This document shows positions 51,221-64,000 of a DNA stretch of 64,000 nucleotides, in pieces. The DNA is taken from assembly GCF_037042905.1 (NCBI RefSeq), contig NC_087245.1, positions 9,674,001 through 9,738,000 on the forward strand, given 5' to 3'. Each line of letters opens with the position of its first letter. Position 1 is the first letter of the stretch. Position numbers and translations under genes: made by a program. Origin of the DNA: Lytechinus pictus (lineage: Eukaryota). The notes beneath the pieces were generated by a model. The model had not been told where the DNA came from. It was given only the letters and a program-made list of their open reading frames with translations, and ran no database searches.

Positions 51221-53319
51221 ATTTTACATTATACTGTATAGTACATCATATTATATATGTTATAAAATGAGCAATGCAATGCAGGAATTGAATTTTATGT
51301 TTAAAAAAAAAAACACTTTTTGAAGGTTTGTAGAGGTTCATCCAATACCTAATTGTCATTTTACTATTCACTGTACGTATGACTCTAGTATGCTCTGAAA
51401 TTGGAATAAAATGTTCAAAGAATTAAATGTAACTCCTATGAATTATGCATTCATCCATTCTTTCATTCACTTAATATCAATTTATTGAATTATTCATTTA
51501 TCTATCTATTCATCTAGTTATTCATTCATTTAATTATCTTTTGGGGGGAGGGGTGGTGGGAATTTGTATGCATCCATACCTACATTATTCTGAATTCTGA
51601 TTTTATAAACCCAGGGTCTATGCTGGAATATTTCTCAAATATGTTGAATATATTTTCTCAATCATCGTTTGTTTTCAAATGTGTTTTATGTGATATTGTT
51701 AGGACAAAAGCATGAATGATCATGGGCTGGGCATCTATTTTTTCCTCCTATAATGCTCAACGCTCCAGAGTAGGAGCTTACATTACATTTTTCATAACGT
51801 AATGTAATAATTAATTACTGGGTTTTGGCATGAATCATGAAGTATAGTAAAAAAATATAATTCCAAACAAATATGATCTACTACCAAAGTATTACAGCAT
51901 TAACAATTAACGGGAGGATTATCATCATAAGCAGGCTGCTGGAAAAAAAATTACAAAAGTTCATTAAATTGATTAACATATTTATACAGGAGAGTGGGTT
52001 TATTTCTAAATGAATGAAAAACATCAGTTCATAATGAATATGGAGAAGAGCATGATAAGGATGAAAATTATGGTGATAATAGTGATTATGAAGGCTATGG
52101 AGATGATGATGGTCATGATGGAGATATTGGTGATGATTAAATCAAAGGAAGAATGATTTCATGATAAACTGAAGGTAATATGGAAAGAAGGTGTGCTTTA
52201 ATATTATAGTTTGGAATGAATATGCTAAATATTTCTTTGACATCTGTTTTTTTAATTCTGGTTGGAGATTAATTTACTGGCTACAGAAGCATACAAATGT
52301 AAAATTCACATCTTGTCTATTTATGTTGTGCTCCTGATGGAATGACGTATATATGCATCAGTGAGGATATGGGCTAAAAGATGGTTAAGACATGATTTTC
52401 ACTTTTTACAAAAAAACTGCTGATATGCAAAGCTAAGGTGTCAGAAATTATTCATACCTTGCATGTTACTTATGCTGCACTTACACTGAGTCGAAAACAG
52501 CCATTTTATCTAATGTTATTAAAACCAACCATATGGAGCTGGTACAAAAAATGCTAAAACGGCTGTTTTCGACTCGGCGTAGGGTGAAATGTGACTGCAG
52601 CATATATGTCTGGTGAGTTATATTTTATGTAATAAATGAAGAAGAAATTATTGTAGAACCCATTCCTAGATTACTCTTAGCTATTCCAATTTTTTGGTGA
52701 TGTAAAAAAACTCATATTTAGACCATAATCGTTCAGAATACAAGCCATAGTTTATAAATTACTAATTGTTTTTAATATTTGAAGAAAAAAAAAGGTGTCA
52801 TTTATGGTAAAATATTCATCTATATTAAAAACATTATTTCACCATAAAAATGTATTCATTTTCATTATTTGCCATATACAGTATGCCCATCAGAATAAAT
52901 GCAGATGGAGACTGCATTGTCTCATAAATTATACCTTATGGTATTATTACAAATTATCCTTATATACACAACAAAAAAAGTAAGTCCCCCCTAAATCAAA
53001 TTGCTGTAACTTTTGAATGGAATTATTTTGAGATATGATATTTCGTAGGTGGTTTTCTACACTCACTAAGCAACTGGGGGAAAATGAGATTAATAGGTTG
53101 AGTCATGCATGAGTAATTAAATATTGAATTAAAAATGACAATTTTTGAAAGTCACAAGAGTCGTTTTTCAGATTGTGCAAATACAAAGTTGGGCAAAAGT
53201 TGGTTTTTAGGTGAATTTTATGGTGTTAATGCTGTTTTACTATCATGACTATCCATCATTTAGCCACTCCACACACAATTTTGATATCGTATGTTCATGG
53301 TTAAGTGAGCACAATATTG

Positions 53320-53477
53320 CAGGGGCCGCGGAAGCGGGGGTTGGCTGGGGGGGAGGGGGGCTCAGCCCCCCACTTTTTTCCAAAAGCATTTACAAAAATG
53401 TAAAAATGACCAAACGATTGTGATTTTTGCATGGTCAGCCCCCCCCCCCCACTTTGAAAACTGTTCCGTGGCCTGTG
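53320..53477. mobile_element. Small TIR element with 5-bp TSD, nested in a larger decayed repeat
   Basis: caggggccgcggaa / ttccgtggcctgtg; TATTG on both sides. Confidence 0.72.
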
Positions 53478-55346
53478 TATTGTGACGTATCATAGGGGTT
53501 TATGGTAGTATCCTCTACAACTTGTTAGATCATGTTAAAATTTGAAAATGTTGGTGGCTCCCCCGATTATAGGCCCCTCCCCCATTTTAATATTCTGGAT
53601 CCACCACTGATTTGTCCATAAATTAAACTGATCATGAGAAATTGTTAGGAAAAGAAGAAATTTATGCAGTACAAAGAGTATTGATTTCTATGTTTTCGAA
53701 TGTGCTCGCTCAACCATGAAAATGTTAAAAGTTCTGAAAGTGTGTGGTGATAGAAATGATGGATGATAAAAACAACAGCAATTAAAGTCACATTTGAAAC
53801 CGAATTTGCCCCCAATATTAACTTAATTTCCCCTTAAATTGAGTCTGTGACATTGAAAATACCAATTTTCCCACTTTGATGCGTGCTCACTCATCCATAA
53901 ATAAACGAATCGATTTCATTTTTGTACAGAGTTCTGCCCATAGGTTGATAAACATTACTGCCTAATGAAATTGCTAAAGACAGCCTTGAAAAAAGGTCCA
54001 CCATATCAAATAAGGGGTTACTTATTCTTAAACATATGCACCCATAATGTACACAAGTCTATGAGAGAGGAAGTCAAAATTTTAACAAATATGAAATGAG
54101 TTTGTTTCATGGACGGTTTTTGTTACTTCTGCCAACAGTTATTTCATGAAACTTCGCACATGGCTTCAGAGTAACACTATCCAAAAGGCGCGCACACCAA
54201 AATAACCATTCGATATGGCACAGAGTGGGGCCAAGGCCTTGAACTTTCTTCTCATTTGCATAATTTTAGAATATTGTGTGCTCACTGATGCATTAAACAT
54301 CGGGATTTTCATAAAAATCAAATCAAATGAACCATGCAAGGAGGTTAGTGATAGATATCCATAGTTACAAATTGCATTTTTTCCAAAACGTAAAAAAGAG
54401 CTAATCACATTCCACAAGTTCATTCAAGCGTGAATATTTAATTAAACGTCTTTGAATCATTGAAGCATGTTAATTGGTCATGAACAATGAAAAAGTTGAG
54501 AAAAGATCATTTTCAGTTACCAAAATGAAACAATACTTGCCTATATTTGAAAATTGTATTTTTTGTTTTCTATAAATGTTCATTGAACCCTGAAACGATG
54601 AATATTGTTTAAGATACTCTTCCCAAAAATAACTGTCATCATATTCTATTATTTTTATTGATAGAAATGTGTAAAAAATCCAATTATAGCAAGTTTGGAC
54701 TTGTGTTTATTCAACTGTGAAATTTAGCCAATAAAGTTGTATCGTCTTTTAGAAAGTACCTTTTATGGTTTTGAACCATGATACAATTGAAACCTCTTTG
54801 GAGATATGGCCTTTGCTTAATCTCCTTTATATTCATTTTTTCATGTTTCCCCAAATGCCCTGCTGCATCAGCAATGATGCTTGCAGCCTGAAGTAAAAGC
54901 TTTAATATAATCAAAGGTAATATATCAAATGGAATCAATGTTTCCTTAATATGCCATTACAACAAACAAAAGAACATTTGCAATGACTATTGTGACTAAC
55001 CCGTATTAGATTTTCGATAGTATTTCTGAAAACAATGTACAGTACTTAAATTTGAATAATTACATGGACCTCATTAGGGGCCAATATTAAAAAAGAATCA
55101 TTCTATAACACTACAGTTACTCCAGTTTTGGTGAGTGCTGTTTTATAAATGCTATCGTACCTTGAAAAAAAAGATGAACAAATAGGGTTCGGGAAATAAT
55201 ACCTGCTTTTATTATACAAATTTACATCTTTTTAAGGTAAGTAATGTCATGATCAGAGGTTTAACAAAAATAATCATAATTATTCAAAGACTGAATGGCT
55301 AGGCATACTATTAGGCTTCTACATTATAAAAAGTCTTTAAATCTTA

Positions 55347-55726
55347 TATCCCTTTCATAAACCCAATTATGCGGCTAATAGCAGCATAATTTGGTCGTAA
55401 AATCGGAGGAGGACCAGAGTTATCCGCATTATTTTGATGCTGCAATTATCCGCATAATAGCGGCATCGGGACCAGATTTTGACTTTATGAACGCATTTTC
55501 AAATAATGCGGATAATTGCCATGGTGCGGTCACAAGGTCACCCTTTTCCAACACAACCGCATCGGAGGGGGCGTGTGCAGTTGTCATGATGATTATCCAC
55601 CTTTTTCAGGACAGGCGCTTGTAAAAATAGTGCGGATTATTTTCGGAGTTTGTGAACGCAATTTTTATTGAATTATCCGCATTACTCTTAGGCGGCTAAT
55701 TGGAGGATGGGTTTATGAAAGGGGTA
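55347..55726. mobile_element. PIF/Harbinger-like MITE
   Basis: tatccctttcataaaccc / gggtttatgaaaggggta; TTA on both sides. Confidence 0.85.
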
Positions 55727-55759
55727 TTAAATTACACCCCATTAATACGATTTATTTTC

Positions 55760-56130
55760 AATTGGTCTAATGTCATTTCATCAGATTACCAACATGTCTA
55801 CTATCATGTGGTCTATCCTCATGGTGTAATTGCCATTTCATCCACTCACCATTGATTTTGTCTAATAACCAGCTGGTCCAATAGCCATTTAGTCCATGCC
55901 ATGTGGTCTAATTGGACTTAGCTTTAATTGGGCGAAATGAATGAAAATAAAATGGATATTAGACCAACTGGTTATGAGACAAAATGGTCATAGACAAACT
56001 GGGGATTAGACAAAGTGATGATTGGGCCAAATGATTATTGGACCAAATGGTTGTTAGACGAAATGTTGATAGACGGAATGGCATTAGACTAAATGAAGGT
56101 GGACCAAGTGTAGAGAGGACCATTGGGCAA
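55760..56130. repeat. Decayed foldback repeat (ggtcta arm versus tagacc arm)
   Basis: Periodic tggtcta/tggtcca motifs switch to tagacc/ggacca around 55930. Confidence 0.65.
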
Positions 56131-56272
56131 TTTACCATTATTACCATGGAAATAAATCTGATATTTATCTTGAGAACGTTTGAGAGTCAACTGCATCAAC
56201 TGCAAACTTTGATTAAAATTAGCCAGCTCCTGTAAGATGGCAATAAATAATCCAATTGATGAAGAAGTTCTA

Positions 56273-57340
56273 CAGCGCGTCCCAAAAAAAATGTCCCTCT
56301 GACATAGGACTAAATTAATTCTATGATGTGGTAGTATTCTCAAATAAATGTTCATGAGTAGAAAGCTCATTTCATGATCTAACTTCTATGAAAATTTCAT
56401 TGGTCTCGCTTCAGCGGTTTTGAATACACACTCTGTTATGTAACAGTGGTGCATTTTAGCCCATTCCAAGTTTGCAACATTGATGCATATATCTGCATTG
56501 TCTATGGCATGTTAACCCCCATTTTTACATCCAGGATCTGAGCAGGGACATTTCCCTAATCATATCCAGGCTCATCAAATTATAAACTTGGGCATGTTCA
56601 GAAGGGCAAGATATATAAAAAAAATAAAGTTTTTTGATTATTGATAAGGGGAATCAGTGCACCAACTTGAAAGAAAATGTGAATGATGGATGAGTAAAAT
56701 AAGCTCAAAAATAAAGGGGAATCCGCAAGTTAAACACCCTTTGCGAAAAAGGAACTTTACCAGCGAAAAATTTGACTTTTTTTCTTTTAAAAAGTTACAT
56801 TAAATTAAACTTGACCACAGTAGCTTATTAACTAAAAAAAAAAAAAAAAAAAAAAAAAAATGCTATTAAGCATGAATAAGGCATGAAACAGACATGACCC
56901 GTTGTCTTAATCATTGTGCATCTCCCATTTTCAAACATGAAATGAGCTGTCAAATATTGTTTTTGCCCTTCTAAACATGCTCAAAGTTGTGATTTGATGA
57001 GCCTGGTTAGATCATGGAGTTTTCCCTGGTTAGATCATGGAGTTTTCCCTGGTCAGATCAGGGAATTCCTTGGTCAGAATGGTCAAAGGGGATTGATATG
57101 CTAGAAAGTGCAGAACACACAGTAGTGCTGCATGCATGCAAACTTGGAATGGGCTGAAAAGCACCACTTTTACATAATAGACTGTGTATTCAAAACCACT
57201 GAAGCGAGACCAATGACATTTTTATAGAAGTTAGAACATGAGATGAGCTTCCTAGTTAAATACGTTTCATGGAGAATCATTTTTATTTTTTGAAGTAATT
57301 TAGCCCCATATAAGAGGGACATTTTTTTTGGGACGCGCTG
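56273..57340. mobile_element. Tc1/mariner-like MITE with very long (about 300+ bp) imperfect TIRs
   Basis: TA+cagcgcgtcccaaaaaaaatgtccctct / agagggacattttttttgggacgcgctg+TA; 23-bp tandem repeat at about 57002-57075. Confidence 0.92.
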
Positions 57341-57387
57341 TAATTAATGGTGTTTCCTCAATAAGTCATGTAAGCCTGGGTAATCAG

Positions 57388-57544
57388 GGGAGCGTTTCAT
57401 CAAGATTTTTGTCCGACAAGTTGTCAGATCTGACATCTTTCCTTGATTTTGATTGGCTGTGAGGCACTGTTACTATGGTAACTGTCGGATAAAACAGGAC
57501 TTGTCGGATTAAACGTCCGACAAGTCCTTTCATGAAACACTCCC
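57388..57544. mobile_element. PIF/Harbinger-like MITE
   Basis: gggagcgtttcat / atgaaacactccc; CAG on both sides. Confidence 0.85.
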
Positions 57545-57890
57545 CAGGTTACACCATGCATTCTCAACCCAGTCAACGATACTTCATGTTGCAAGGCACT
57601 TTTAAAGGTTACAAAATACAATCTTCTCACTCTTAAAATGCAAAATAAATATTTGTGTGACATGTCAGATAGATTCCTCAATTCACCTGGGCTATCCAAA
57701 TTGGAGAATGAGCAGTGATTTTCACTGACTAATTTGCTCTAAGCCAATCAGATGCAAGGATTTTTAGTAGCTTGCGATAGTCATTGAAAATGAGGCCTAG
57801 AAAGAATACCCTTTTTGCCATTCGATTGTTTGCCAGGATAAGCAATTGAATAGTTTGAACAATCAAGATTCCTGGATTATCACAAGTTAC

Positions 57891-58181
57891 AACAAGAGTG
57901 TCGCTAGGGCGAGCACATAATACACCCACCTGTAACGCGGAAAATGGAGTTATTGGTCAAGCAAGAAAAGTGGAAGGTGGCGACTTGACCTTTTAACATC
58001 AAAATCAATAGACTACCTGGGATCCATGCTAGTATCATACACACCAAATTATATGAGCTTAGGTTAAGTTAAACTGAAGTTATCACGTTTATAAGGAAAA
58101 GTTAATGGACGGACAGACAGATGAACGGACGGACACCGAGAATGATACCATAATACGTCCCGTAGGACGGGCATATAAAAA
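57891..58181 (-). mobile_element. Short Helentron/DINE-1(pearl)-like element
   Basis: (GGAC/AGAC)n microsatellite, terminal stem-loop tacgtcccgtaggacgggcata, A-rich end. Confidence 0.72.
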
Positions 58182-60853
58182 TATAAGTGACATGACCTAC
58201 TGCATGACCTTCCAGTGGGCACACATACATGTACTGAGTTTATTAGCTGACTCAGTCGAGTGTCCCAGTCTAGTGCCTGTGACATACAAATCAACACAGC
58301 TAAATGACGCACAGTCGTCGGTGTGGTCGTCATTCAAAGATTTACAATGTTTGTAATTCATTAAATGTTAGCATTTTGTTATCTTCCATTTTGTTGTCAA
58401 ATATCAAATATATCTGCCATTTACTTAAAATATTTGAATGTCTCAAACCACTATTCATCTTACAAACATTTGCTTTGTGTAAAAAGTATTTGGTTGTGGA
58501 TTGTCGGTAAACTAATCGAGTGTGATTGATCTGGGTTTTAATCACAGACCTAATTAAAATCACTGACAATCCACTTCATAGAAATGCTCCCTAGGAGATG
58601 CTTCAGGTAAGGAATCTTCACTTGTAAAAGTAGAGTTGACTTTATGTTGATCACTGACTCCAAACACCCCCCCCCCCCTCCCTCAAAAAAAAATAGTTGA
58701 TTTGTATCAATCAGTATCGCAATCCACACCTTCATGTTATACAGTATACATGTAGATTATTTCACTAACTTGATACTTTATGGAATCATAATAAGTTAAT
58801 TTGTTAATGATTGGGAGACTCATCAACAAAATATAAATGGTCCATGTTCTTCCACTTAATACGCTGAATCATGTATAACAATGGGTAATGTATTAAATAA
58901 TCTTTACTGCCATTACCATCATAACCCACTTGTTATTTATGTTACAAGTATTTAAGGCTACAATGTATTTACATGATATACACAAGTAGAAATAAAAAAT
59001 ATCTACTAGATGTTTAGAATAAGTTATACAAATGTAGGCACTATATCTACATCTTCAGTAGACGAAGGCATCCTGCATGAATATTCATGACAAATGGAAA
59101 TTCATATTATTTTTGCATGTGGTTTTCCCATATTACTCTATTATGAATGATTCTACTTTCATTGCTTAAAATATAATGAGCAAATTTATGGAGGTTATTT
59201 CACACAAAAAATAATGTTGAGTACCACTTGAATTCTCTGTTGCATGTAATGCATTATGACTTATCACATGTTTGGTTAGGGGAGCATTTCATGAAGAGTT
59301 TAGTCACTGATTTCCAATGATTTGCTCTCAGCCAATCAGATGCAAGGATTTCAGTAGCTTATAACAATAATTAGAATCACTATTTGTTTGATGAATGCTC
59401 TGGAGAAATGTCCTACTTCATTGAACTCCATGAGATTTACATATGTTTGCAATTATGCATTGAATTTTACATGTGCAGATTTGCATTACATACATGTATG
59501 TCTTATTCAATCTGTATTGAATTGACTTCAACCTGAACAGTATAAAGTTGGATTTGGATTCAATACTTCGTGAAAGAAGCATATGAAAGCACATCATGAA
59601 TGTAAAAAATATGATCATTTTACAGTAACTTCAATGTTTTAATAATACATCCTAATTGAAAATTAAAGAGATATTCTTATTCAATTTTAATCTACATGTA
59701 TATAACCAACATGAAATCATATAAATTCCATCTATCTGATTTAATAGACCTTGAAAAAATCACTTCACACGAATTCTGAATTAAGGCAGTGAATATGCTT
59801 TCACTTTTTTGTTTGAATTGAGCCGCAGTTAAAAGAAATCTCTATGCAATATGAAGAGTTTTTTTTTTCAAATGTCCTATCTAAATTTGTTTGGTACAAC
59901 ATGATTTTCACACAAATGCACTTGTACAGGCACAACAGATTTTTAGATATTGAGAATGCTTACTTTGTGAGAAAAAATCAAACAAACCATGATCATCAAA
60001 TCATTTTTGAAAATCTTAAATACTTGAAAGCCATTGAGCTCGACATATTCCACAAAGTACAGATTATGAGAAACCACTAAAAACAACTTGCCCTTTCTAG
60101 TTCTATAAGTCTCTGAATTTTGAAGAGCCTAGTGTGTACGTGGTTATGCATGCATTAATATGCATTCTACAAAGAGTCAAAAATAAATTGCATAGATGCA
60201 ACGATGATATATTAACATATTAAATTAGATGTACATATGTGCAACATAAGAGGGGAGGGTTATTTCAGGGTCCCTGTATTAAACACTGTAGCAATTCATT
60301 GCAGACTGAATTAATGTCAGATTTAATAAACATTGATCATTATATGTAAAGGAATTGAGCAAACCAACTTTACAATCCATCACTAAACTTTATATGAAAG
60401 GGTGTATAGTGACGGGATAAATTGAGATATCCTAATTTCCATAAAGACTTCTTTAAAAAAGGATAAAAGTAAAAGACCTTAATAGGAAATAACAGTTTGA
60501 TATGGAGTGTTTAATATCCAAATCCTCTCACCATAAATTACATGCATGATTTGATAATTAGATACATTTTACTCCTTAAATACTGATTAACATCTAATAG
60601 CTCTTTTGAGTTCCAGATTACAAGCCCCTCTCCCTTCAAACATGATTAAATCAGAGTGGTATAAAAACTATTGCACTTTTTCCAACATGAAATAGTAGCC
60701 ATACATTTATTTACAAGTTAAATAATACTCACATTATTTGCAAGACACTATCTGAAAGTTATGCCAATGCCAATAAGTTTTTTTTTCTTTTCAAGCAATG
60801 ATGATTAAGTTCATGATTTTCAAGCAATGATGAATAAGTTCATGGTCTTACGA

Positions 60854-61736
60854 TCATCTGATCGGTCTAACCTGCAAAACACACACAATCACAGACACAA
60901 AAGGAATTTATTTTAGAAACATGGCATTATCTTATCACTTTGATACATTAGTACATATAACATCCTTTATTGCATTTCATACTTGAGACCATTCATCTTA
61001 TAAAGGCCCTAAATGAAAATATAAATAAACAAAACAATCATAAAGTAGATATACAGTAATATTTACCAAAGTCAAATGATCTATTTTTTAAATAAAAGTT
61101 GTTTGAACTCAGCTAATCAATATGCAATGTGATGGGCAAAATAATGAGAACCCCCCCCCCCCATGACATCACTGTTAAATCAAATATACAAATTGGCAAC
61201 TTCTTGTTGAAATTTCACTTTAAAAGTTTCATCATTCATTTTGACTCCATGATATCCATACCATTTCAAGTATACTAAGAAATAAAAACAAAATAAACTT
61301 ATTGCCAATTTTTGGTGCAAAAGAAGATTACCCTCATGAAAATTATGTATTTCTACACTGTAAAAATGCTGTTTAAATATCAAGCATCAAGCAAGTTGTT
61401 TAAGCCAGTCACTCTAACATCAATTTTTTAAAGTTTGAAACAAGTTGTTCATTTTTTTTAACAAGATGTTGAAAATGGTTAAACAATTTCAAAAAAAGTT
61501 TAAACAACTTGTTGTTAGAGTGACGGGTCTAAACAGTGTGATATTTTTTTTACTCTATATAGCTTAATGGAACTGGCAAATTATATTCTACATTAATAAA
61601 AAAAAAATAGAAATAATTAAATAAAATCAATCCAATAAATCAATCTCACCTTTTCAAGAAAGATATCAGTAGCATGTCTAATGAATTCATCTGATGACAT
61701 TGATCCACTAAGACTGGACTTTGCTTCAGTTTCTGC
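60854..61736 (-). CDS. TPGS1: 3' end of tubulin polyglutamylase complex subunit 1-like gene; complement(join(60854-60871,61650-61736)); upstream exons not found in the window
   Basis: ctcag|AETEAKSSLSGSMSSDEFIRHATDIFLEK|gtgaga ... ttgcag|VRPIR-TGA. Resembles the TPGS1 C-terminus as I recall it (MTREEFLERAAALFIAKVKPVG). Strong pyrimidine tracts at both acceptors. Confidence 0.72.
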
Positions 61737-62023
61737 CTGAGAAGTGAAGGGAAAGAATAATAAATAATGCTAACTGACCATCAACAGTAAAGTAATCAAG
61801 AATAATGCACAAGATATTTACAAGTTTTGCTATATTTTTGTTCATTTGGATAAATCTAAATAAACTGGAAATATTCAAAACAAACCATTGTTTTGAAGCA
61901 TAACAATAAGGTCAAATTCGAAACCATATAACAAAGAGCATGCATTCATCACCGCGCGAAACCTGATAATTGTACCTACATTGCAGGTACGAAATTCATG
62001 CAAAAAATGTGACCCCCCTGAGA

Positions 62024-63490
62024 CAGTGGCGTACCGTGGGTCACGGCATTGGGGGGGCACCAGCAAAAATTTCGGGTCACGTAGGGAGCGCGCGAAGCGC
62101 GCTCAGTTGTCAGGTATACTGACCTAATAGAGATATTTTAAGGACATGCAGTGCCATTAAACGGATATGTAACTAACTGATTAAATAATGCGAGCGCGAA
62201 GCGCGAGCTGAACATTTTTGATATTCAGAGCTAAAAATGGACATTATAAGCAAATTGTTTTGTAATCATGATACTTAACTGTCTCGCTAAACAAACAATG
62301 CGAGCGCGAAGCGCGAGCTAAAATTTTTGTACGTATTGACCCTAAACAAGGAAATTTGCTGATTTTGTTAGAATTACATCTAAACACAGTCATGAAGCAC
62401 CTTTTGTAGTCATTGTAATCATGATTATCATACGCATCTTACCTATCAAATACTGCAAGCGCAAAAGCGAGCTGAAAAATTTAGGAAATATAGACCTGAA
62501 GAGGGGCATTTTAAGGGTTGTTTGTAGGAATTCTCTAAGACCCTACGTATTTGACTAACTAAATGATGCGAGCGCGAAGCGCGAGCTGAAATTTTTGTAT
62601 ATATTGACACCAAACATGGATATTTTAAGGACTACATAGTTAGGAATCCAAGTCAGAGTATACATATCTCACCATAGTCATCTAATGCGAGTGCCAAGCG
62701 CTTGCTGATTTTGTTAGAATTACCTCTAAACACATGAAGCACTTTTTGAAGTCATTGTAATCATGATTATTATACGCATCTCACTAATGAAATACTGCGA
62801 GCGCGAAGCGCGAGCTGAAAATCTAGGAAATTCAGACATGAAGAGGGGCATTCTAAGGCTTGTTTGTAGGAATTCACTAAGACCCCACGTATTTCACTAA
62901 CCAAATGATGCGAGCGCGAAGCGCGAGCTAAAATTTTTTGATATTCAGATCAGAAAAATTGACATTTTAAGGACTGATTTTAGGAGTTCATGAAGAGCAG
63001 ATATCTCACCAATCCAACGTTAGCACAGACATGAAATGCTTCATATTATAACCTTAAAATGGGGCAATCACTTTCAGTAGTCATGAAAAAGAAGAATATA
63101 TCATTACTTAAAACAATAATAACTCTAATTGCGAGGAAATATATTATTTTGTTGTATATTGATTTGAAAACGGCTTTAGGCTTTAGGCTTTAGTACAGCA
63201 AGTTTATATATCTCGTTAAACAGTCTATGCGAGCACCAGGAACAATGAAGACACAATTAAGCAAATAATGTTTAATAAAGTTATGAAAAAATGCTTATGT
63301 TATACTGTATAACTACTATAACATAATATAATATAACACTATAATGAACAACAATTTCTTCTTTCTCCACTACGTTTCTCTTCCTTTTTCCCTCTTTTTC
63401 TCCTTTTCCCCCTTTTTTTTTTTTTTTTTTTTTGGCCAGCCGATTGGGGGGGCACGTGCCCCCCCATGCCCCCCCGTAGTTACGCCACTG
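62024..63490. mobile_element. hAT-like non-autonomous element, 8-bp TSD, periodic GAA-loop motifs
   Basis: cagtggcgta / tacgccactg; CCCTGAGA at 62016-62023 and 63491-63498. Confidence 0.93.
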
Positions 63491-64000
63491 CCCTGAGAGG
63501 ATTCCCATAGCAACAAGACCACTTTATGTGACATGATCACGTGGTGGGCGGACTCACCCATAAGGCGGGCTCGCCCTGCTCTCCTCTATTTGAGAACACT
63601 AGCAAAGCAATGTTCAAACCAGTTTAGAGAGAAAGTAGATGAGAATAGTGTAATATTGATCAAGGTACATATGGATAAGTCTTTTTTTCTGTTTCAGTCA
63701 TGAACAAGGAAACAGAATATGCCTTTACCATTTCATTTTTGACAACACACAAACAAAATCGCAATGAGAAACATGTGTTGTGTTTCGTACTTTGCGATCA
63801 AAAACAGAAATCTAAAATCAAAATACTTTTGGGGTTTTTCATATATGTCTAATTCTTGATTACTGTTTTGATCATGCCAAACACAAAATAACAAAACGGT
63901 TTCAGCTCTGCGGTTCTGTTTCTAAAAACGTGAAAACCAAATCGCAACACATTTTCCGATTATCGCTCTGTAATTTCTTTTCTACACCGAAAAAAAAAAT

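Noticed and set aside
52025..52140. Acidic D/E/G-rich open stretch
   Set aside because: Looks like a decayed (GAT)n microsatellite; no partner exons
62085..62935. CRISPR-like repeat-spacer appearance
   Set aside because: Eukaryotic context, spacers about 90 bp and related to each other, bounded by TIRs and a TSD, no cas genes
63550..63590. Possible further minus-strand TPGS1 exon (donor-like gtgagtc)
   Set aside because: Phase and translation do not fit the expected upstream TPGS1 sequence

Overview
AT-rich, intron-rich animal genomic DNA. The repeat families and gene style suggest a marine invertebrate deuterostome, probably a sea urchin; this is inference. Three spliced genes could be rebuilt by hand with GT-AG sites and consistent phases. 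(1) PLEKHA8/FAPP2 (PH + GLTP domains) on the + strand, 12 coding exons at 1597-19074, with the first exon upstream of the window. (2) A complete 5-exon, 549-aa clan-2-type cytochrome P450 on the + strand at 36101-46605, with a non-canonical I-helix and C-helix. (3) The last two coding exons of a TPGS1-like gene on the - strand at 60854-61736. Introns and intergenic DNA hold many, often nested, mobile elements: L2/CR1-group LINE fragments, a dead hAT transposase, a dead Crypton-type tyrosine recombinase, and MITEs of hAT, Harbinger, Kolobok, mariner, MULE and Helentron type. The two most unusual items are a 7SL(Alu-domain)-headed, Deu/Nin-core, (CA)n-tailed SINE at 39220-39397, and a direct-repeat-bounded unit at 43300-43795, inserted in (TA)n, that carries a tRNA-like cloverleaf with a UCA anticodon. 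Family names come from recalled motifs, not database searches.
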